A stretch of 23,172 nt of DNA from Candidatus Sumerlaeales bacterium (GTDB taxonomy: Bacteria; Sumerlaeota; Sumerlaeia; Sumerlaeales; Sumerlaeaceae): positions 1-23,172 of the forward strand of contig JBBSQY010000050.1 in assembly GCA_038243585.1 (NCBI GenBank), given 5' to 3'. This document shows positions 17,309-23,172 of the stretch, in pieces. Numbering within the stretch: position 1 is the first letter of the stretch; the number at the start of each line of letters is the position of its first letter. Made by a program: the position numbers and the translations under genes. Below the pieces are notes generated by a model. The model ran no database searches, was not told where the DNA came from, and saw nothing but the letters and a program-made list of their open reading frames with translations.

Positions 17309-18325
17309 TTGAACCTGAACGCGGAACAAAAAGATGAGCTTTTCCAGCTCCGGCTGACATCCAAACTGGACAGCAGAACGACCGCATGTCGCGTGCGCGT
17401 TGACCATTCAACGCCGTCAAATCCAGTAGTATTGGGTTTCACTCAATACCGGCAGACGGATGCTTTTGTGAAGGCTACGGCCCAGGAAGTTTACGGGCCG
17501 GATCCTGTGGAAGTTCAACTTGATATACTGGAAGAACAGAGTCCCGCGTTTGCGGCCGTTCATGAATCCTTTGCGCCCGTCTGGCGAAATCCGGACTCTT
17601 CTGACCCGGAAAAGTTGGACACACAGGCCCTATATGGTGCTGTAGTCCGAACCTATCATGAGGATTCCAGCTATACTTTTGTTCAGCATTCCGACGGGTA
17701 TGTCGGATATATGCCCACAAGTTCGTTGACTCCCGTTTCAGCGGAAAATTATCTGGCCTGGAAGAACGGGCCTCACGCCGTAACGCTAAAGCCCTTAAAC
17801 GCTGGCGGCGCTGTCATACCTCCAGGTGCCCGGCTCAGCCATAAGAAGGATTCTGTAGTGCTTCCCTGTGGATCGGAATTGCCCGTTTCACCAGACCAGG
17901 CCGCTTTCTTTGATCCGTCACGTTCAAGTTTTGTGGAAGCGCTGGAAAAGCGAGCGGCGGAATTTATGAACTCGCCTTATCTATGGGGTGGAAAGTCCGC
18001 CGACGGCATCGATTGCAGCGGCCTTGTCCAAACGCTGGCTCTCCAAGAAGGCATTTTCTTACCTCGTGATGCCAGCATGCAATGTCATGTGGGTGAAATT
18101 GTGGGCTACCTGCCAGACTATGCGGACCTGCTGCCGGGGGACATCATGTTTTTTATGAATGATAAGGCGTATGTTTTCCACGTAGGAATCTACCTGGGAA
18201 ATCACACATACCTGCATTCTGCGGGCAGCACAGGCCCCACGAAGTCTTCCGTATATCCCGAAGGTACAAACTATATGAGCCGCTACGGATCGTCCTTCGT
18301 ATACGCCCGGCGCATTCATAGATAA
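17309..18325 (+). CDS. NlpC/P60 (C40) peptidase with an SH3b-like domain (YkfC-like)
   Basis: TQALYG...DGYVGY (SH3b-like), PYLWGGKSADGIDCSG and HVGIYLG...LHS catalytic Cys/His/His. TTG start after GAGGA; no signal peptide seen. Confidence 0.88.
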   Translation: MNLNAEQKDELFQLRLTSKLDSRTTACRVRVDHSTPSNPVVLGFTQYRQTDAFVKATAQEVYGPDPVEVQLDILEEQSPAFAAVHESFAPVWRNPDSSDPEKLDTQALYGAVVRTYHEDSSYTFVQHSDGYVGYMPTSSLTPVSAENYLAWKNGPHAVTLKPLNAGGAVIPPGARLSHKKDSVVLPCGSELPVSPDQAAFFDPSRSSFVEALEKRAAEFMNSPYLWGGKSADGIDCSGLVQTLALQEGIFLPRDASMQCHVGEIVGYLPDYADLLPGDIMFFMNDKAYVFHVGIYLGNHTYLHSAGSTGPTKSSVYPEGTNYMSRYGSSFVYARRIHR

Positions 18326-18431
18326 TAGCAGTCTGGCTACTACAGTTTAGCCTGAGTGACTGTTAAAAAAGAGGAAGCCTTACCGTAGCAAGGATTAAAA
18401 TTCCTGCCTTGTTGCCATGCTAAGCTTAGCG

Positions 18432-19718
18432 CTAACTTTGCTTTATCCGATCGAGTAGCCTGGTCACCAGATTGTCCCAGTCGAAATATTGTTCGGCCGC
18501 GGCCCGTGTCTCGGCTCCGAGTCTGTCCCACTGTTCCGGAACGTCTGCCACTTCCCCAATTTTTGCTGCAAAGCCTGCTGTCGTTGGTGCTGCCAGCGCG
18601 CCAAACTCGAACCGCCTTAGCAGCCGGCCTGTCTCGCCAACATCGCAGGCCACTACGGGCCGACCCGCCGCTACGTAGTCGCTTAGCTTGTGAGGGTAAC
18701 GCGCCCGATCCAGCGCGATATCTGTCAGCGGCAACAGCAGAATATCCGCTGCTCCCAAAAAATCGCCCATGCGGCTGAAGGGTTGCCAGCCGACATGATG
18801 CACCCTTCCGGCTGTCGCTGCGTGCTGCTCGGGGGTTGTCGCTTCCAGCGGGGCTCCTGCCAGCAACAGATGGACATCGGGCCGCTGTCTACACAGCAGC
18901 GCGAAGGCATCCATTAGCAGGGTTTCATCCATGTGGAAATTGGCCACGTAACCAAGAACCACCGCGCCGGCTGGAAAGCTTAATTCAAACGCCGTCCTGG
19001 CGGCGGTCTTGTCCATAGGTCGAATCTGATCAAGAGGCGCGCCGCTGTGCATGATAATGCTTTTTTCTTTGAGGTTCTTCGGCGCGTCGGGATGATGAAA
19101 ATATTCTTCGCTGATAAGCGTCACCAGATCGGCGGTTCGATAAACGCGACCTTCCCACCAGTCTTCCGCGGCGAACACGGCCCGCCGCCCCAACCGCAGC
19201 GGATGCGGCAGCGATTGAAAGCCGCCGGACGGAATCACGCAGTGACGATACAATCCCTCGGGTCCGCCCCACCAGTCTGCCCAGTCCAGCACCACCCTGG
19301 CTCCACGGGCCTTCGCCGCCAGCGCCGGCAACACGCAGCATGGTTTATGACTGAACCCGTAAACCACGTCCCACCGCCGCGCCAGCGCATCGCGCACCCG
19401 CCAGCCGTTGTCGAACAGGCTCCAGCCCTCCTGATGGGCGTTCATCAAAGTAAAGCAGGGCATCTCCGCCCATGTGAATGCGGCTTTTGCATCACCGCGC
19501 GGCGGCTCGCGCTGCGACGCCGGGTTCGCGCCGAAGTCCGGAGCGACAAAAGTATCATCCAATGGCACAGAGGTATAAAACGGGCGGTACATCCTCGATT
19601 CGCTGGTGAATGCAAACTGCACTTCCCACCCGCGCCGTGCGAACCGGCGCGCAATTTCCAACGCACGAAAAAAACTGCCACGGTTCTTGTGATTATGAAC
19701 AAGAAATAGTGCTCTCAT
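18432..19718 (-). CDS. Glycosyltransferase family 4 (GT-B)
   Basis: MRALFL..., LDWADWW, ADILLLP...YPHKLSDYVAAGRPVVACDVG and FDWD. ATG 19718 overlaps the upstream TGA (ATGA). Confidence 0.88.
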   Translation of the reverse strand: MRALFLVHNHKNRGSFFRALEIARRFARRGWEVQFAFTSESRMYRPFYTSVPLDDTFVAPDFGANPASQREPPRGDAKAAFTWAEMPCFTLMNAHQEGWSLFDNGWRVRDALARRWDVVYGFSHKPCCVLPALAAKARGARVVLDWADWWGGPEGLYRHCVIPSGGFQSLPHPLRLGRRAVFAAEDWWEGRVYRTADLVTLISEEYFHHPDAPKNLKEKSIIMHSGAPLDQIRPMDKTAARTAFELSFPAGAVVLGYVANFHMDETLLMDAFALLCRQRPDVHLLLAGAPLEATTPEQHAATAGRVHHVGWQPFSRMGDFLGAADILLLPLTDIALDRARYPHKLSDYVAAGRPVVACDVGETGRLLRRFEFGALAAPTTAGFAAKIGEVADVPEQWDRLGAETRAAAEQYFDWDNLVTRLLDRIKQS

Positions 19719-20506
19719 GAATCCGACTTCCGGCCGGTGATCAGCACAAACCACGCATATTTATCGGAGCCCGGCCACAGCCATTCCAGCCCATTATCCA
19801 CCTTCATCATCGCGTGTAGCGCCCTGTAAAACCAAACCGGCGACGAGACCGCGTACTGAAAGAAAAAAGCAATAAATGAGGGACCATAGAACCGCCGAAC
19901 TTTTACTTCACCAAATTCCCCGCTGACCATGCGGATCTCATGTCTCGTGAAGTATTGGGTGATCCCCCGCCACTCCCTGGGGGCCAGAGTCATCCTGTAA
20001 AGTTTTACCAGCGGGTTGTGAGCCGTTGGTTCCGAAAACGCCACCGGCGCTCCCGGCTTCAGCGTCCGCGCTACTTCGCGGCAAACTGCCTGAACGTCCG
20101 TATGGATCAGAACCGCGCGGGTGTATGCGCCGTCGAGGCTCTCATTACGAAAGGGCAGGGCTTCTGCCCGCGCCTTGATCGGCAAAATCTTGCCACGTGA
20201 TGTGCCTGAGAGCCTGTTCGTTCTGGCTTTCAGCGCCGCAAGTCTTTCGTGGGAAATATCCAGGGCGATCACCGTCGCTCCGCGGGTCCGGATCAGCGCT
20301 GCGTTTGCCCCCAGGCCAGTCCCGATGTCCAGGATGCGAAGTCCAGCTACCGGCGCGAGATGGGCTATCATTTCTTCAATGTCGGGAATGGAACTAAACT
20401 TCAGCTCTTCAAGCAGCGACTCCGGAGAATCTGACACCGCGCCGCCCAGGTTTTGCGCATCAAGATTTTCGTCCCAATAGTCCTGCTGCCGCGGCTTGTC
20501 AGCCAA
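19715..20506 (-). CDS. Class I SAM-dependent methyltransferase
   Basis: ILDIGTGLG motif I, ALDIS, AEALPFRNESLD and RTLKPG. TTG start overlaps the upstream stop. Confidence 0.88.
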   Translation of the reverse strand: MADKPRQQDYWDENLDAQNLGGAVSDSPESLLEELKFSSIPDIEEMIAHLAPVAGLRILDIGTGLGANAALIRTRGATVIALDISHERLAALKARTNRLSGTSRGKILPIKARAEALPFRNESLDGAYTRAVLIHTDVQAVCREVARTLKPGAPVAFSEPTAHNPLVKLYRMTLAPREWRGITQYFTRHEIRMVSGEFGEVKVRRFYGPSFIAFFFQYAVSSPVWFYRALHAMMKVDNGLEWLWPGSDKYAWFVLITGRKSDS

Positions 20507-21020
20507 TTTCGAAGTTCCGCATCCAATCGGAAAGCTTCTCTTTCTCTGCTCCCCACGCTTTGTCGTTCAGGCGGATCTTCAAAAAAGATTCGAACAGCGA
20601 CTCAAAGAACTTCTCAAATTCTTCAAAAATTTCCAGGCGCAGAAACACGTAATCCGGGCCGCTGGAATTTGGCGGGGCAGGTACCTTGAGACCGCTCACG
20701 CCATAGTTCAGTGCGTTAAAACCAAAAGTATAAGTCTGGTTGCGATAGTTCAATCTCATGCGCGCCCTGGTCAGTTTTTTCCCTTCGCGAAAAGCGGTCC
20801 GCGCCTCCGCACCTTCCAGCGGGGTGCCACCCTTCAGCGCGATATTGGTGGCCTCGCCATAGTCCGCCGCCATCTGGACCGGCGCTTCGAACCACAGCTC
20901 AAATTCGTCGTGATCAGGCAGGCGCATCTTGCCACCATGGGTTTCGCTGTGCCAGTAAAGCCACGTCGCAAACTCCATCCCCAGAAACTCAGTCGCCGCT
21001 ACTTTTTCGAGAAGACCCAA
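20499..21020 (-). CDS. Conserved hypothetical protein, resembles the C-terminal half of divergent RdgC-like proteins
   Basis: FLGMEFATWLYW.SE...EARTAFREGKKLTRARMRL...F...RL...W pattern, recalled from deltaproteobacterial proteins labelled putative RdgC exonuclease. Likely TTG start at 21020; the 21194 extension looks non-coding. Confidence 0.6.
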   Translation of the reverse strand: MGLLEKVAATEFLGMEFATWLYWHSETHGGKMRLPDHDEFELWFEAPVQMAADYGEATNIALKGGTPLEGAEARTAFREGKKLTRARMRLNYRNQTYTFGFNALNYGVSGLKVPAPPNSSGPDYVFLRLEIFEEFEKFFESLFESFLKIRLNDKAWGAEKEKLSDWMRNFEIG

Positions 21021-21340
21021 AGCTCTTAATCCAGTCTGTTTAACTTGAAAACAGACAAAAACAAAAGCCGGAAGCCGTGACAAGGGGAAAGTAGGAGAAG
21101 GCGGTGAGAAAGTGAGAATACGGCGCTGAAGCGCTTTAGTGCGAGAAAGTTTTAAAAGCGTATCGGCAAAACTCTGCCGACGCTTTCCGGACACTTTGGA
21201 TTCCCGAAAACGTCCGCTAATTAAGGCCGCGAAGCGTGTTTGAATGGGTACCGTACACGGATCAGGGAGTTTATGCCAGAATTTAGCCAGGAATCCTTGA
21301 CAAGGTGAGCGTCCCGGAACTTGCCGGACTCTTATCGGCG

Positions 21341-22618
21341 TTACTCATACAACTGCCAGTCGCCGGCTGCGGTAACGGACCTGGATTTCAAGGTGCGTGA
21401 GTACAAGACATGATGGTCCACTCCTTCTACGGGACCTCCACTCACGGATACAAACACATCCTGAGCCGCCGTGATTGGGGGGGTGTTTAATCCGTGGGGC
21501 AATTGCTCCCATGGCGTCCAGGTCTTGCCGAAGTCTGGAGAGCGGGTCATCTGGCCACCGCGAGGCAAGACAATATTAAAGCCTATTGGGATACCCACCT
21601 GCCCCACCAGCATTATATGGCCTTGGCTGTTAATGGTAAGACTTTCAAATATAAAATACCGTAGATCAGGGTAAACCGCTTTTATGCTGGGCGGATCGGC
21701 AGTAACATTGAACGTACTGCCGCCGTCTGCGCTATAGGCGATTACAAAGTCCCCGTCCACATCAAATGGGTCGGCGACGGTTCCGTACCAGTCGGCCAAT
21801 AGCAATGTGCCGTTGGTATCGCTGGCGGCAATTGACGAAATAATCGGCTGGCTCCAAGTCTCCCCGTTATCATTACTGATAAGAGAAACGCGACGTCCGG
21901 GGCCTGAGCGTGTGGGATCAGACGGCCTGTCATAATCCCAATAATTAATAATTACAGAATTTCCCATTTTTGACGATAACAGTCGAGGGGCTTCATTACT
22001 ATATCGATGGACAAAAACAGGATTACCCCAGCTAGCTCCGTTATCTGTAGAGCGAAGATAACATATGGAATTAGCGATTGTCACCAAATAAATCCATGTA
22101 TTGTTGCCGGCATAGGCAATATCTTGAGGGCTGATAGTATTAGGGTTGTTCTCAGGGTATGAGAACTTTTGTGTAAGGTCCACAAGTTCGCCCCACGTAG
22201 CTCCGGAATCATAAGAGATTAGCACGCCGTTATAGGTAGGATAAACAGGCGTCGTTAAAACCCGTAGAGTGGTAGCTACCATCCATACACCGTTATCTCC
22301 GGCTGCTATGCCGTTTGGCCAGGTGTTAGCATTAAGGTCGCCCAAGTTTATAAGCAGGCGTGGGTCTGACCAAGAGGCGCCTTTATCTGAAGACCTGGAA
22401 TAGTAAAGATGAAAAGAGTGAGATGACCCGTCCGCCCATACGGCACCGACGACTCCACTCAAATTAGCATCAGTACTTCGATTAAACGAAGTGGGTGTAT
22501 CAGCGACGATCACCGGGGCCGACCAATCCCTGCTAACAGGCGCGGTACCCTGGGCTTGGGTTAGGCTTGCTCCCATGAGCAGCACCAGACCCACAAGAAC
22601 GCAATTTATTTTACGCAT
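21341..22618 (-). CDS. Secreted BNR/Asp-box (sialidase-like beta-propeller) protein
   Basis: Signal peptide and six Asp boxes (SSDKGASW, SYDSGATW, STDNGASW, SNDNGETW, SADGGSTF, SPDFGKTW). AGGAGG RBS. Ends TAAGDWQLYE. Confidence 0.85.
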   Translation of the reverse strand: MRKINCVLVGLVLLMGASLTQAQGTAPVSRDWSAPVIVADTPTSFNRSTDANLSGVVGAVWADGSSHSFHLYYSRSSDKGASWSDPRLLINLGDLNANTWPNGIAAGDNGVWMVATTLRVLTTPVYPTYNGVLISYDSGATWGELVDLTQKFSYPENNPNTISPQDIAYAGNNTWIYLVTIANSICYLRSTDNGASWGNPVFVHRYSNEAPRLLSSKMGNSVIINYWDYDRPSDPTRSGPGRRVSLISNDNGETWSQPIISSIAASDTNGTLLLADWYGTVADPFDVDGDFVIAYSADGGSTFNVTADPPSIKAVYPDLRYFIFESLTINSQGHIMLVGQVGIPIGFNIVLPRGGQMTRSPDFGKTWTPWEQLPHGLNTPPITAAQDVFVSVSGGPVEGVDHHVLYSRTLKSRSVTAAGDWQLYE

Positions 22619-22628
22619 GATATCCCTC

Positions 22629-23172
22629 CTAAGTTACCGAATAATTACCAAATCCAGATCCGGTGCCTATACATAAAATAACAGGACATGGAAAATTGAA
22701 CGGATTAATAAACGTTACGTATGCATTGGCAAAGAACCGGGCGTCTTCAACCTGTGGCAGTCCCGTGGGAAACGCGGGGTTAAAGACAGCCGCATAATGA
22801 AAAATGGCTCCAGATACAGTTAAGCTCAACGTATGCCCTACGGGAACATAGTGTAGGGCATACCTAAAAAATACTGAACTGGTAGGCAGGGAAGAACTGG
22901 CTTTAGGGCGACCACCAGGTTGTACCGGCAAAATAGCAAAATTTCCGCTGGCAGCCGGAAGTGGATCAAAAGCATACTGAGCCAGTATCCCCAGCGCAAG
23001 CTGATAGCCCAGGCACCCCCAATGAAGCTGATCATCCATTAAATTGGTTCGATATGGAGGCAATAATCCGCAGCCCGGTAAATCATTAAAGATTGATCCG
23101 TGGTCAACGAAAACAAAGTGATTAAGGGGATCATTTGCCCTTTGAGCCAAAAAAGAGTTGGCGTCATTTACA
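22629..23172 (-). CDS. SGNH/GDSL hydrolase-like protein, 3' part (frame open to the window edge)
   Basis: No stop upstream of 23150 in frame (VNDANSFLAQR...). FVFVDHGSIF...LMDDQLHWGCLGYQL resembles block V (DxxH..GY). Confidence 0.55.
   Translation of the reverse strand, partial: VNDANSFLAQRANDPLNHFVFVDHGSIFNDLPGCGLLPPYRTNLMDDQLHWGCLGYQLALGILAQYAFDPLPAASGNFAILPVQPGGRPKASSSLPTSSVFFRYALHYVPVGHTLSLTVSGAIFHYAAVFNPAFPTGLPQVEDARFFANAYVTFINPFNFPCPVILCIGTGSGFGNYSVT

Overview
Bacterial chromosomal window mixing housekeeping and accessory genes. It opens with the 5' end of mraZ (missed by the ORF track) and its TGGGN operator repeats. An accessory block follows: a sigma54-preceded Cys/His-rich metallothionein-like gene, a divergent membrane-anchored ECF sigma factor with a large C-terminal extension, a TlpA-type thioredoxin with a long N-terminal extension, and a convergent LVIVD-repeat protein. 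Next come a cluster of REP-like palindromes around a CoA-binding gene and rpsU, then ykvA-like, dacB, an M15 carboxypeptidase with K-S/T-E repeats, acyP, carA, a flippase-like membrane protein, prfB (+1 frameshift) and an NlpC/P60 peptidase. The window ends with a coupled RdgC-like/methyltransferase/GT4 operon, a secreted Asp-box protein ending in ...AAGDWQLYE, and a truncated SGNH-like gene. The strongest candidates for undescribed biology are the ECF-fusion/TlpA/metal-binding module, the C-terminal DWxLY putative sorting motif and a possible sigma54 small-protein stress regulon. All calls come from reading the sequence; no searches were run.
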